Positions 51,773-64,000 of a stretch of DNA of 64,000 nt are shown here, piece after piece (position 1 is the first letter of the stretch; each line of letters opens with the position of its first letter). This DNA is from Felis catus (Eukaryota), in assembly GCF_018350175.1 (NCBI RefSeq), contig NC_058368.1, positions 150,538,001 to 150,602,000 on the forward strand, given 5' to 3'. Both the position numbers and the translations under genes were made by a program. The notes beneath the pieces are model-generated. The model saw only the letters and a program-made list of their open reading frames with translations, did no database searches and had not been told where the DNA came from.

Positions 51773-51967
51773 TTTTTAAAAAAAAAATTTTTTTTTTTTA
51801 TTTTAGAGAAAGAGAGAGACACTGCACTCAAGGAGAGAGGGGCAGGGGGAGAGTGAGGGAATCTCAAGCAGGCTCCACACTGTGTGGAGCCCAATCCCAA
51901 GACCCCAGAATCATGACCTGGGCTGAAATCAAGAGTCAGACACTGAACTGAGCTACCTAGGTGTCCC
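51773..51967 (-). mobile_element. CanSINE (older)
   Basis: gaatctcaagcaggctccacac...atcatgacctgggctgaaatcaagagtcagac. Confidence 0.9.
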
Positions 51968-52714
51968 ATCACTGTCTCTATTCTAAATTCCGCCTTTGTC
52001 TCAGTCTCTGGACAAATGTCTGCTCTATACATTTAATGTTTTCTACTTTGTGTCCCATTAGTAACTACAAGGAGTTGTAGACTCAGACACAGACCATCTC
52101 TTTTTTTCCTTGACAGACTATCTTTTTTCTTCATCTTACAAATATGGAATCCTACTAAGAGCAAGTTTATAATTCAATTCCCAGACTTCTTAAACAGTGG
52201 TTTAAATAAGGTTTCAGACAGCTGCCACCATATCAGTGATTGGTGAATATATCTTTTATTTCAATATTATTCCAACTATTAAGTTTGAAATTTCTGCCTT
52301 GATTACTCTTAACATTAAGAGTATTGATAACTCTTAACATCTTGATTTTCTTAACATTCAGCCAATTCAACTACATAAACTCCAACTTTCAATGCAGCCT
52401 TTGTCCTTCAGAAAGTTTCCCCTAAAAATCAAATTTACACTAATCTCTAACAAAGTACTTACCATACTGTATGGCAATCATGTCTCTCAACGAGATTAGG
52501 AGCCACTTCAAGGCAAAGACTGTCTTGTTCACATTTATATGCATAGCACACATTATAGTGGCTGAGAGGAACCATTAAACGTTTGCTGGGCAAACTAACG
52601 CACATTTGAATGGAGGATATACTCACTACAACATACACTTAGGGTACAGAGGTATGGCTATCAATGAGAACACCTGAAATTTCACTGTGCTTTTTAACTG
52701 CAAATGTCTACCCA

Positions 52715-53183
52715 GGGGCACCTAGGTGGCTCAGTGGGTTCAGCAGTCCAACTTCAGCTCAAGTCATAATCTCTTGTCATGGTTTGAGAGTTCGAGCCCC
52801 ACACTGGGCTTTGGGATCTCTGCTGTCAGTGCAGTCTGCACAGGATCCTCGGTCTCCCTTTCGCTCTACCACTCCCCCATTTGTACTCTCTCCCTCTCAA
52901 AAACAGACTTTAAAATACATAGATGTATTTAAGTTAAAAGTGGGGGGCACCTGGGTGGGTTGGTTGGTTAAGCATCCAACTCTTGATTTCAGCTCAGGTT
53001 GTAATCTCATGGTTCGTGAGATGGAGCCCCACATCAGGTTCTGTGCTGACAGTGCGTAACCTGCTTAGAATTCTCTCTCCCTCCCTCTCTCTCTGTTCCT
53101 TCCCCCCCCCCCCACTCCGCCTTGTGCTCTCTCAAAATAAATACAAATAAAAATCAAAGAAATAAAATAAAATAAAAAATAAA
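52715..53183 (+). mobile_element. Two tandem same-strand CanSINEs (52715-~52915 and 52942-53183)
   Basis: Two heads, ggggcacctaggtggctcag and ggggggcacctgggtgggtt, each followed by a CT linker. Confidence 0.92.
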
Positions 53184-54039
53184 TGCATTACCATACAAGG
53201 TAATAGCAGTTGTAGAAGGTGAAGGTTTAAATTATTTTCAGGTAGCTTCAAAAGATCAGTGGAGCTTACAAGTCTTGTAACCTAGGAAGAAAAAAACTTA
53301 CCTCACTCCACCCTAAAACACAAAACCCATGATTAACCTTTTTGGGTTCCATTATAGGCAGATTTCTACCACTTTCTGAATCCATTGACCTGGGCTGCCC
53401 TGTTTTCCAGGGCCTTCATTTTCTACCTAATGAGTTGATAATCTGACTTTGGAAGATCCTGGCATTTCCTTTCTCCACTGCATGGATGTGAGATGAGATT
53501 GTGGGAATTCTTTCATTGGTTCTTCTGCTTTTATTTCCTCCGCTCAAGGGTGCCAGAAAGTATCAGATATGTATCTAGACTCTTCAAATATGTAAAGGTA
53601 GATGTAAGAGAAATACTATAAAGCAACAGTATTTGGCTCTACACAGCAGGGAGAGAAATTTTCTGAAAGATTTCAGGAAATGAACTGAAAAGGGCGGTGG
53701 CTCAGATTTTTTTTAATTTCAGGGTCTAATAATGAACTCTTGCTGAGATTGTATAGGAGTAGACCAAATTTGCTATTAGCATCAATTCAAAGCAAAAGAT
53801 ACTGTAACATCACAAACTCTAGAAACAAACTTAGGATAAAGAACAAATCTTTAAATTATATCAACTTAGCTTCATGAAGAATATATTATATTGTCCTATT
53901 CTCCTTATCTTGCTGCATTAAGAATAAGCACTCCATTGCCTTTAGAAACCTATGACCTCTATTCTTCCTCAGTATTCCTGGAGTCTAATATTTATGTAAC
54001 TTTAATAAAACTGTAGATAAACTTCACATATATTTTAAA

Positions 54040-55210
54040 ATAAACTTTTTATTGTAGAACTTCGGATTTACAGAAAAACTGCAAAGGTAGTACAGAGAGC
54101 TCTATACACTTCATACCTGGTTGCTCCTATTATTAACATCTTAATATTATTATGGTACATTTATCACAACTAATGAACCAATATCAATATACTGTTATTA
54201 TCTAAAGTCCATACTTGGCTCAGATTTCCTTAGTTTTTACCTAATGCCCTTTTTCTCTTTCAGGATCCTATCTAGGATACATTAGATTTAGTCATTATGT
54301 CTCCTTAATCTCCTCTTGGCTCTAAGAGTTTCTCAGAATTTCCTTCTTTTTGACATTCTTGAAAAGTTCTGAGAAGTACTGGTCAGGTATTTTATAATAT
54401 GTCCTTCAATTGGGACCTCTTTCTGGTGCTTTTCTCATCATTATACTGGTGTTATGGGTTTGGGGGAGGGAAACCATAGCAGTAAATCATCATTCTCATT
54501 ATATCACATTATTAAGGGTACATACTACTAACATAATTTACTGATGTTAACAACTTGATCACTTTGTTAAGGTGAGGTTTATTAGGTTTCTCCACTGTAA
54601 AATTAGCTTTTCCCCCCCTTTCCATACCATACCCTTTGTAAGGAAGTCACTAGGCAGGTATTACTATGCACTACTACGCTGAGTATTCCACTGAACACAT
54701 GTACCGATATGTTTGTTTATTCTACTATTGATGAACATGTTATCTGTTTCAGTCTGGGGCTCTTATGAATAAAGTTGCTATGCGTATCTTATATCTTTTT
54801 GTGGATTTATTTTTACTTATCTTAGGTAAACATTTAAGGGTAGAATTGTGGGGTTGTTGGGCAGCTGTATTCTTAGCTTTATTAAAAGAAAAAAAAAAAA
54901 ACCAAAACTACCAGAAATACACCTGGCTGGCTCAGTTGGTAGAGCATGTGACTCTTGATCGTGATGTCGTGAGTTCGAACCCCATGTTGGGCACGGAGCC
55001 TAACTAAAAACAAAAATACTAGAGCTTTTAATAAAGTGATTGTATCATTTCCAATGTAGTTATAGCACAGAGTATGAGAGTTCCAGTTGCTTCATATCCT
55101 TGTCATCATTTAGCAGTGTCAGTTTTTAAATTTTAGCCATTCCAGCAAGTATATATCACTATCTCATTGTGATTTAAATATGCATTTCCCTGATGACAAA
55201 CAATGTTAAG
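54040..55210 (-). mobile_element. L1MC/L1M 3' fragments containing a short sense CanSINE (54915-55016)
   Basis: gatttacagaaaaactgcaaaggtagtacagagag...aaagtccatac; tatgagagttccagttgcttcatatccttgtcatcattt. Confidence 0.8.
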
Positions 55211-55309
55211 TGACAAATCTTTGAAAATATATGTGAATGGAGGAAGGCTGTCTCTGAACAGACTCTTCATGGAGAATAAAAAGCTCCAGTAAAAAATTAA
55301 AACTCGGAA

Positions 55310-56640
55310 GCTGGGCCTTCTACTTCTGGCCATGGTGAAGTTAATAGGGATCAGATGTCCTCTTTCATCTTAGAGAACTAAAAAACGGAACGAAATACAT
55401 GAAACAACAGTTTTTCAGATATTGAAAGGGCAGCAGAGGACCGTGATCCCTGAAAGAAGAAAATTAGGAGGTGAACTCTGCTCTAGCTTACTGACTAAAG
55501 CATTGAAGCCACAGCACAGGGAGGAAGAACCTAAACTGAGCCCAGTGGTCTCCCAGAGATAACAGTTTTGTGAGGAAAAGGCAACTAAAAATCAGGGAAG
55601 AGGAGCGCCTGGGTGGCTCCGCTGGTTAAGCGTCCAACTTCGCTCAAGTCATAATCTTGTGGCCCATGAGTTCGAACCCCGGGTTGGGCTCTGTGTTGAT
55701 GACAGCCCAGAACCTGGAGCCTGCTTTGGATTCTGTGTCTCCCTCTCTCTGTCCCCTCCCCTGCTCACGTTCTCTCTCTCTCTCTCTCTCTCAGAAACAA
55801 ATAAACATTAAAAAAAAAAAAAATCAGGGAAGAGTATCAGAAATGAGAGCTGCAGAGGGAAAGCTCTGAGATTGGCAAAGTCCCTTCATGTCTTCAGCTG
55901 AGTGTTGATCAATGGATTCATCTGAGGAAATCACCCAATGCTAAGGAAAGAACCCCCAGAAAGGAACAGGCAGAACAATCCTTGGGACTCAAATGGGCTG
56001 GGATAGTTCCTGCTCCCACAAGTCAAAGTGGGCACTGGTGGAGTACTCACAAGGGTATTTCCTCACTAGTGGGTAAAAATTAGCACCAACTTAAAGATTC
56101 CCCTTGTCTTAACGACAGGCCTCGAAAGAATCAAAATTGTCTGCTAGTAATGTAGCTGCATTCCAGAACAAGGCTCAGAAAAATTTAAAGAAATACAAAA
56201 ATATCCAGTACCTAACAAGGCAAAATTCAGTGTTTGCCATCCAGAGATTTCCAGGCAGGCAAACAAATGAAAAAATATTGACCCACAAAGAGAAGAAAAA
56301 TCAATCAACAGACACAAGTTCCAAAGTGACACAACTGATAAAATTACTAGACCAAGACATTGAATCAACTATTATAAACTTATACCCTATATGTTCAAGA
56401 AAGTGAAGTATAAACGTGTTAAGGAGAGACATGTATGAAATATAAAAGACCCAAATTTAACTTCTAGAGATTAAAAAAAGGTCTGAGACGAAAAACACAC
56501 TGGATGAGTTAAACATCAGACTAGACACTGAAAAAAAAAAAAAAATTAGTGAACTTCAACATATAGCCATAAAAACTATCCAAAATAAACAGAGAGGAAA
56601 AATCATCTAAAGAAAACAGTGTCAATGAGTTGTGGAACAA
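55310..56640 (+). mobile_element. Old L1M 5'/ORF1-region fragment, resuming at ~57370-57460
   Basis: A-rich degenerate ORF1-like sequence (aacttctagagattaaaaa...ctggatgagttaaacatcagactagacac...attagtgaacttcaa; later catcatattaaaactgct). Confidence 0.7.
55603..55817 (+). mobile_element. Felid CanSINE
   Basis: TSD aaaaatcagggaaga on both sides. Confidence 0.96.
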
Positions 56641-56652
56641 ATTTACTTTTTT

Positions 56653-56884
56653 TTTTTCTTTTTTTTTTTAATTTTTTTTTTCAACGTTTATTTATTTTTG
56701 GGACAGAGAGAGACAGAGCATGAACGGGGGTGGGGCAGAGAGAGAGGGAGACACAGAATCGGAAACAGGCTCCAGGCTCTGAGCCATCAGCCCAGAGCCT
56801 GACGCAGGGCTCGAACTCACGGACCGTGAGATCGTGACCTGGCTGAAGTCGGATGCTTAACCGACTGTGCCACCCAGGCGCCCC
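56653..56884 (-). mobile_element. Young felid CanSINE
   Basis: Near-consensus; 15 bp TSD caaatttactttttt at 56638-56652 and 56885-56899. Confidence 0.98.
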
Positions 56885-56889
56885 CAAAT

Positions 56890-57365
56890 TTACTTTTTTA
56901 AAAGTAACAGACAAAAAGGTGTTTTTTTTTAATTGCTTTACAACCAGCAACAAATATAGCTTAATAACTACAAACATGGTACTTCTAAGAGGTACTCAAA
57001 TGAAGTGACAAGACCAGAAAGTGCTCGCTCACTTAAAATGTGAAATTAAAATCCATTCCTTCTGCCAAGAACTTTTAATACCCTCAAGCAGAATCAGAAC
57101 TTAAAGAGGCAAAGAAAACTATTATCAAATTTATTGCTTATGTCTTATCATGTAATTGAAAAACCTTTTATGCTTGATAGTGCTAGTACTTAACATTTTA
57201 TGTAACCATCCTAACTTTTAAGAATCAAACACTCTTTTCTTTCAACACATTTGTCTGCAAGAGACAACTTGCAGTCAAAAAAACTGTAAAATGCAACAAT
57301 GCATTGCAATTGTATTTGAACTTATTTCCTTAAGATGGAAAAAATGTTCAGTCTTTTAACTCGAC
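56890..57365 (-). pseudogene. Possible 5'-truncated retrocopy of an mRNA 3'UTR end
   Basis: Non-L1-like segment interrupting an L1M; minus strand ends GCAATTAAAAAAAAACACCTTTTTGTCTGTTACTTTTAAAAAA (ATTAAA then an A-run). Confidence 0.4.
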
Positions 57366-57465
57366 CTGAGATAAAAACCTGGTGATCTAAGAACCTCAAC
57401 AAATTCAGTAAAAGAAATATAACAAAATTATAATAAGGATCATCATATTAAAACTGCTAGCGTTT

Positions 57466-57643
57466 GGGGCACCTGGGTGACTCAGCCAGGTAAGTATCCA
57501 ACTCTTGATTTCGGCTCAGGTCATGGTCTCACGGTTTGAGACTGAGCTGAGCCCCATGTCAAGCCCTGTGCTGATAGCACAAAGCTTGCTTGGGATTCTC
57601 TCTCAAAATAAATAAATTTAAAAAACAACAACAACAACAACAA
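57466..57643 (+). mobile_element. CanSINE with (CAA)n tail
   Basis: ggggcacctgggtgactcagccaggtaag...aaaataaataaa. Confidence 0.93.
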
Positions 57644-57902
57644 CTCCTAGAGGCTGAGTACTTTTTCATGTGTTTTTTGGTCAACTGTGAAGGGTCTACT
57701 TAAATTTCTGGCCCACTCCTTCATCTTTTTTTTTTTCTTTTTTGGTAGTTGTTTATATGTCTTGAACACCAGTACTTTGCCTCATGTTTGCAAATATTTT
57801 ACCTCATTTTACCTCATGTTGTGACATGTCTATTTTCTTAACAAGATTTTTGATGAGAAGTTTTAAATCTCTATGAAATTTCTTTTATCATAAACAAATT
57901 TC

Positions 57903-58078
57903 GGGCAACTGGGTGGCTCAGTCAGTTAAGCATCCAACTTTGGCTCAGGTCACAATCTCATGGTTCATGAGTTCAAGCCCAGTGTTAGGCTCTGTATCTC
58001 CCTTTCTCTGCCCCTCCCTGGCTGGAGCACTGTCTCTCTTTCTCTCCTCTCTCTCTCAGAAATAAACATTAAAAAAAT
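57903..58078 (+). mobile_element. CanSINE (internally deleted)
   Basis: TSD taaacaaattt. Confidence 0.92.
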
Positions 58079-58179
58079 TTTTAAACAAATTTTGATTATT
58101 GCTTGCATACTAACAAACCTTTGTCCACCCTTAAAATTACCAAGCTATTCTGACTTCCTCTAAAAACTTCATGGTTTAA

Positions 58180-58414
58180 TTTTTCTTTTTAATTTTTTTA
58201 AAGTTTACTTATTTATTTTGAGAGAAACAGAGACAGTGTGAGTGGGGAAGAGGTAGAGAGAGGGGGAGACAGAGAATCCCAAGCAGGCTCCGGACTGTGA
58301 ATGTGGAGCCTGACATGGGGCTTGAACCTACAAAACTGGGAGATCACGACCCAAGCCGAAACCAATAGTCGAACGCTTAACAGATGCTTAACCGACTGAG
58401 CCACCCAGGCACCC
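58180..58414 (-). mobile_element. CanSINE
   Basis: Antisense body with a small internal duplication gcttaacagatgcttaac. Confidence 0.94.
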
Positions 58415-58597
58415 TGTATGGTGTTAGTTTTTACAATGAGGTATATGGTCCCTCTTGAATTAAATTTTGTGTGTAGTGTGAAGTACTACATACTACAAAT
58501 GAAGGATTGAGGTTCATTTTCTGAACCGTGACTATTTTAGTGACAACAGTTGAAATGATTCCGCTTTCTCGATTGTTGCAATGCTACTCCTTTAAAA

Positions 58598-58801
58598 AAA
58601 AATTTTATGTTTTTATTTTATTTTTGAGAGAGAAACAGAATGCGAGTAGGGGAGGGGCAGAGAGAGAGGGAGACAGAATCTGAAGCAGGTTCCAGGCTCT
58701 GAGCTTTCAGCACAGAGCCCAACATGGGGCTCGAACTCACGAACTATGAGATCATAACCTGAGCCGAAGTCGGATGCTTAACCGACTGAGCTACCCAGGC
58801 G
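58598..58801 (-). mobile_element. Felid CanSINE
   Basis: 20 bp TSD gcaa(t/c)gctactcctttaaaa at 58578-58597 and 58805-58824. Confidence 0.96.
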
Positions 58802-59994
58802 ATAGCAACGCTACTCCTTTAAAATGTCACTACTTACATAACAAAAACTTTTTAAAGTTAAAATCTGTTAAATAAAATTTGTTTATTCCTATAGTTCTGT
58901 TTTTTTCTCTGATGCTGATATTCAGTTTCAACAGACTATTCAGTTGACAGAATCTCAACTTTAGACATCAGGCACTTATCCAAAACTGGTACATGGACTA
59001 TCTACTATAATGACAGAGATTTAAATACATGGAAAAAGTTGCATTTCATGCTCTAAGGAAATGATGGAAACAGAACAAGTATATATACACATAAACGCAA
59101 TCACAGTAATTCCTGCAAGTTAACCACTGCTACTTATTTAAAGTAATTCTACTAACATAGTTTCATTTGTTTAGTCTTCTGGAATTTTCTATTCATAAAT
59201 ATAAATTGTTTTCAAGAATTACAGAAAGAAAAATGCATTCCAAATAAATAAAACAGATGTTAAAGCTAACTTCTATAGAGCACTATTTTAAAAAATACAT
59301 CTCCTTCATTTTTAGTACTTTAGCAGTAGGTACACTTGATTTACTCAAATTGTGTTATCTATTTAAAATTTTGATAAGATGTTATTAATTCAAATTTTTC
59401 CTCAGTCTTGTTACCCGTTGTGTAAATTACCTTTGTGTAACAGATTATCTGACAGATTAAAGAACTGGTGGGTAAAATCTGACTGCCAAATGGACACATC
59501 ATATTGCTCTAGGGTCCTGGAACTCATTTGAAATCCTGAGTCTTTAAAAGTTCTACTGAAATAAAATGTAAACATGTTTGAATTAAGTTAAAAAGCACCT
59601 GACAGAAAAACTATAACAAGTGGACTCAGGAGATTACATTTGTTACATGCTTTACTGTTCATTAGCAAACAAGCAGCATTTAAATTCCATGCCTATAATC
59701 CTTCCTGTACAATATACGAACCTGAAAAGGGGACTATACAATATTGTCCATCTCTTCTAAAATTTCATTAGGGAGCTCACAAATAGCAAAGTACGAGCAA
59801 TCAGGGTGTTTTGTCAACCAATGAACTACAGGAATAATAAGAAAAAAACACTATGGTGGTTCTTATCTCCTGCAGGTCATTACTCAGAAATTACCTTTTC
59901 AGTGAGGTTTTCTTTCAATCCCTACCCTCCAACCTCGTATCATATTCTCTCTTCCTGGATTCCTTCCCACTCATTAGAACATATCACTATCTAA

Positions 59995-60116
59995 GGGAGT
60001 CTGGGTGGTTCATTTGGTTAAGTGTCCCACTTTTGTTTATGGCTCATGTCATGATCTCACAGTTATGAGTTTGAGCCCCACACCAGGCTCTGTGCTGACA
60101 GCATGGAGACTGCTTG

Positions 60117-60165
<49 letters not shown>

Positions 60166-60231
60166 CCCTCCCCAGCTCACAAGCATATGCATTCTCTCTC
60201 TCTCAAAATAAACATCACACACACACAAAAA
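59995..60231 (+). mobile_element. CanSINE inside an L2 3' end
   Basis: TSD agaac(a/t)tatcactatctaa; L2 terminus gtactcaataaatattttctgaatgaat at ~60377-60404. Confidence 0.95.
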
Positions 60232-60584
60232 AGAACTTATCACTATCTAATATGTCCTACATTTGACTCATATTCATTTTGCTACATTCCTACATCAAAC
60301 TCTATGTTCCTTGGGGGGGAGGAATTTTGATGTTTTGTTCACTGCTGTATGTAGAGCAGTTTAGGGAATATAAAATGTACTCAATAAATATTTTCTGAAT
60401 GAATAATTAAATGAGCACAAAGCAAAATGTTCCTGGAGAAAACACTCTTTGTGAAGTAGTTTTTAACAAACAGTAAGTCAAAGTCCTCTAACACGATCTG
60501 TAACCATTCCTAAAGCCAAAAATTGCTCTTTATCTTTCTCACGCTAACACGAAGAGAAACTGCTATCAGATTTAGAAAAACACA

Positions 60585-63500
60585 GCCATACATTTAATGT
60601 AAATTCTTTATTTTATGATAAAATTGAGGTCAACAGTGACGATAATTCAATTCTATTTAATTAGTATAGGTTGAATGCGTAAGAAGTGCAAAAAATAGCT
60701 AATTGAAGGCAGAAACAGGATGTTTCCTGGTGGTTAAATTAATATTCTTTTCACAAAATTATGCTGCTTCTCCTTATTTAAGACAATGAACAGTCTTTGG
60801 CCAAGTGGGAGAAAGGAGAGGAGTAACCACATAAAGGGATTCTGAGGGGGAAAAAAAGGAAAGAACAATGAAATAGAAAAAGACACGCCGTCTGAATCAT
60901 TAAAGATAGGCCCATCCAACATTAACAGTTCCTAGCTAAAAAGAAAGAAGTTCAACTAACAAAAGACAAGCATAAGGACAGGCTCAATCTGGTTTTTCTT
61001 TTTCTTAGGAAGAAATAAAATAAGTAAAATGTTTACCACTTTAAAGAAGCGAGAGGTTGACATTAGCTTTGTGATCATCCTTAGTGTCCAGGTCAGAGTT
61101 TTCATGGCATATAGCCAGCTGAGTTAGAAACCCAGAGTACAGACATAATGAGAGGAGTAGGAGTTAAAAGATGATACTGTAGAAATATCTGAGATACTGG
61201 GTTCATGGTCTAGGATCATAAATGTGTTTAAATCTGATTCTTTAAGCCACCTAAAGCTCTGTGAAGATGCAGGATGATCCACATTCAAAAATCACTTAGT
61301 TTTATTTTGCTGAATAGAGCCATATACCATGATAGACCATTTTCAATTATGAGATGGCTCAGAAAGTGTGTTTGAATTCAGAGAATGTTGAGACCCTATG
61401 CTTTTCAGTACTGAGAATTTAATCTTTCATTTGAAAGAATAAAATCTATCCAGTGAAGTTCCAATTATAGATTTCATAATGAATTCTACTTATTGCTTCC
61501 TGGACCTATCAATTCCATTAATGGATGAATATCTCTTCTGAATCATAACTCAAGAAGAAATGTCACTATTTTACCAATGATATTTATATCAGAAACAATA
61601 AGACAATGAGCCCATTCTGCTTGGATGCGTTGGTCATTTATGCATAGCAATTGGAATTCTGGGGAAAATGCCAAAGATAATCAAACTGCATACGGATATT
61701 AAGATAAAATTATATGCTTTTCATTTCAGACATTTCAATGGGGGAGGAGAGAGAATAGAGCTCTGATTTTTATAGTGCAATGGGCAGGGAATAGGGGGGC
61801 AGGAGTCAACAAATTATCAAATACAATTCCACAAATTATATGAAGCAAGATTATAAGGATTCCTAGTTACTTTAACAGAAATGTAAAGTGACTGACCTAT
61901 GAAGCATTTATATTGACCAGAATCCAACATAAAAAGTAAAAGAATTCTACTGGCCTAATTAACAATATTAAAATATTATTTGGAATCATACATATATATA
62001 AATAATTATGTTGTACACCTAAAACAAATAGAATGCTATATGTCAATTATATCTCAATTAAAAATATTGTTTGTTTTACATAAAGTACAAACCCTTTACA
62101 CTTAGGAACAGAATTTGTGTACAAAGACAAGATGCTTAAATAAACCAGTTAGTAGTTGTAACAATCATTCTCTTTAAATTTGTTTGGAAAGAATAAAAAA
62201 AAAAAAAACCCATTAATTAAATTAATGTGCAGTTTGCACACGTTCACAGTATACTTAGGGACAATTCAAGTTTAAAAAGAGTGAATCAATAGTATTTCAG
62301 AAATGCATGTTATTTCATCCAATAAGAAATTCTATGCCTTTTTCCCTCCATATTACTCTACCACAGTACAATCTTTGAAACTCAAAACAGTAACTTTAAT
62401 TCTAATTTTTAAAATGTAGCTCTTTAATAAAAATGGTTATAAATATCAGGTGAGGTTCTTTTCAAGTCCAACATATCAGAACTTTCACATACAAAATAAA
62501 TGTCATAATCTTGTTATAAATGCTGTCATCCTGTTAGAAGATCCTTATTTTCATGGATTCTGTTATCTTAAGATGTATTTGGAATGTTTCTTTTGGAAAT
62601 ACGCATGAACTATCATTAGGCTATATTAACAATTCATTTCAACCAAAGAATCTTATCCAATTTAAGCACTTATTACTCAGTCATATTTAAAGTATCAGCT
62701 AATTACAAAATATTTAGTCTGCAACAAAAGATAGGAATTTGCTGTATTCCATTATTTGAATGAATGTGAACCATAAGCCTTGGAAGGAATTCCAAAAGAG
62801 CTTCAAAAGTGCTTTCAACAGTGATAATAGCACTGAAACAATAACACTAATATGTAATCTCAAGACCTTAACATGGAAGAACATTTACCTATAAATTCTG
62901 TTAAAAAACAAAACAAAACAAAAACAACACACACACAAACCTTATTTATCTCTTACATTCATTCCCTTTATAACTGAAACCCTTAATTTTAGGTTTTACA
63001 TGTAAAAAGCATCAAAAAAAATTTACTTTTTCTTTATTTCATATGAATTTATCATTCAAATTACCTGAATTTCATCCTATCAAATAAAATATTAACATTT
63101 CTAATTCTAAACACTATGAACTTAAAACAAATCCTACTTAACAATGTTTAAATGATTCCTGTAGATTTGGTTAGTGGGAAAGTTTCTGAGTTTTGAAAAG
63201 TGATAAAAAGATTTTTATTTGGGAGAAATCACCTAAGTACTTATATAATTTTAAGCAGTCTCACACATAGGCAACGCAAATAAATTGCTTAATCTGATGA
63301 ACTTTCAAAATGTATTTTAATCTCATTCCAAAAAGAAAGAAAATTTCTAGATACAAAGACATCTCATTCAGTCACATTTAATATACATTCAGCAACTTAA
63401 AATATTTAAGGATTCAATATTTTCATCTTTTATAATTTCAATATATTATATATTTAATATATAATATATATACAATACATACAGGTAGTCAGCAGGATTA

Positions 63501-64000
63501 AAGTAATTTTTTAAAAGTCAGATCAATATTGATAAATATTTTTAGACTATTAAAAGGACTATATTTAGGATCAAAGAATAAAATAAAATATGGGAGTCCC
63601 AAGCCTAACAGCAAATGTTCATATAGCCAATCATTTTAAAAGATCCCTCAAGTTGGATAAAATACATTTTAAAACAATACTCTTGCTACTCTCAAGCAGC
63701 AATACTTGTAGATATTAACCATGTACATCTCCATTAAATTTAAAATTACTATGCAGCTTTCTTTACTGTAATATACAGTAGCTATTTCTTCCTTTCTGTT
63801 GGATTTTGCTATTGTTGTTATTTGAAGAGTGACTAATATATTACCAACAGAGGTGACTTTAGCTCCTTTCCCTCCTCCAAAGCATGGCTCAGTTTGAAGA
63901 TTGTTCTATAGGCAGCCACTATGAATATTAACAGTACCGTTATACCATTAAGAGCAATCGATCAAGAACTAGAGTCATATGAGAAGTTTCAAAGACTGCT
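60585..64000 (-). other. Candidate distal 3'UTR of a minus-strand gene extending beyond the window
   Basis: AT-rich and nearly repeat-free; minus-strand AATAAA at 60607-60612 followed by GU-rich TGTATGGCTGTGTTTTT; TGTATATA at ~63466-63473. No coding exon in the window. Confidence 0.4.
61984..62060 (+). mobile_element. Very short L1 3' tip
   Basis: gttgtacacctaaaacaaatagaatgctatatgtcaattatatctcaatta; flanked by ttaaaatatt(a/g)tttg. Confidence 0.75.

Noticed and set aside
57021..57029. GTGCTCGCT matching the U6 snRNA 5' end
   Set aside because: Only 9 nt match and the following sequence diverges.
14740..60330. Recurrent MAQSV..TSAQVMIS.. ORFs resembling a gene family
   Set aside because: All are translations of CanSINE bodies.

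Overview
Mammalian genomic DNA, almost certainly from a felid: it carries about 30 carnivore tRNA-derived CanSINEs, several of the young cat-type (SINEC_Fc-like) form, plus L1, L2, MIR, MaLR/ERV1 LTRs and hAT DNA-transposon relics. I found no credible protein-coding exon; the supplied ORFs are short, often start at non-ATG codons and many lie in repeats. Layout: (1) about 1-26.4 kb is old-repeat-rich but SINE-poor and looks like a large intron; (2) about 26.5-33.0 kb is a transposon-free regulatory block with a CpG island, CCAAT/GC boxes, POU octamer and MORE-like sites, a G-quadruplex, (CA)n tracts and several minus-strand splice donors, most simply a multi-promoter 5' end of a gene read leftwards; (3) about 33-60.3 kb is a SINE-dense, probably intergenic stretch with nested, inverted and fused insertions and a probable retrocopied 3'UTR fragment; (4) about 60.5-64 kb is AT-rich and repeat-poor and resembles the distal 3'UTR of another minus-strand gene. 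I cannot name either gene. I see no convincing novel biological system; the best leads are a diverged ~154 bp duplication with H/ACA-like boxes, the POU-rich promoter cluster and the retrocopy-like insert. Repeat family names are from recognition of consensus-like motifs, not from a database search.
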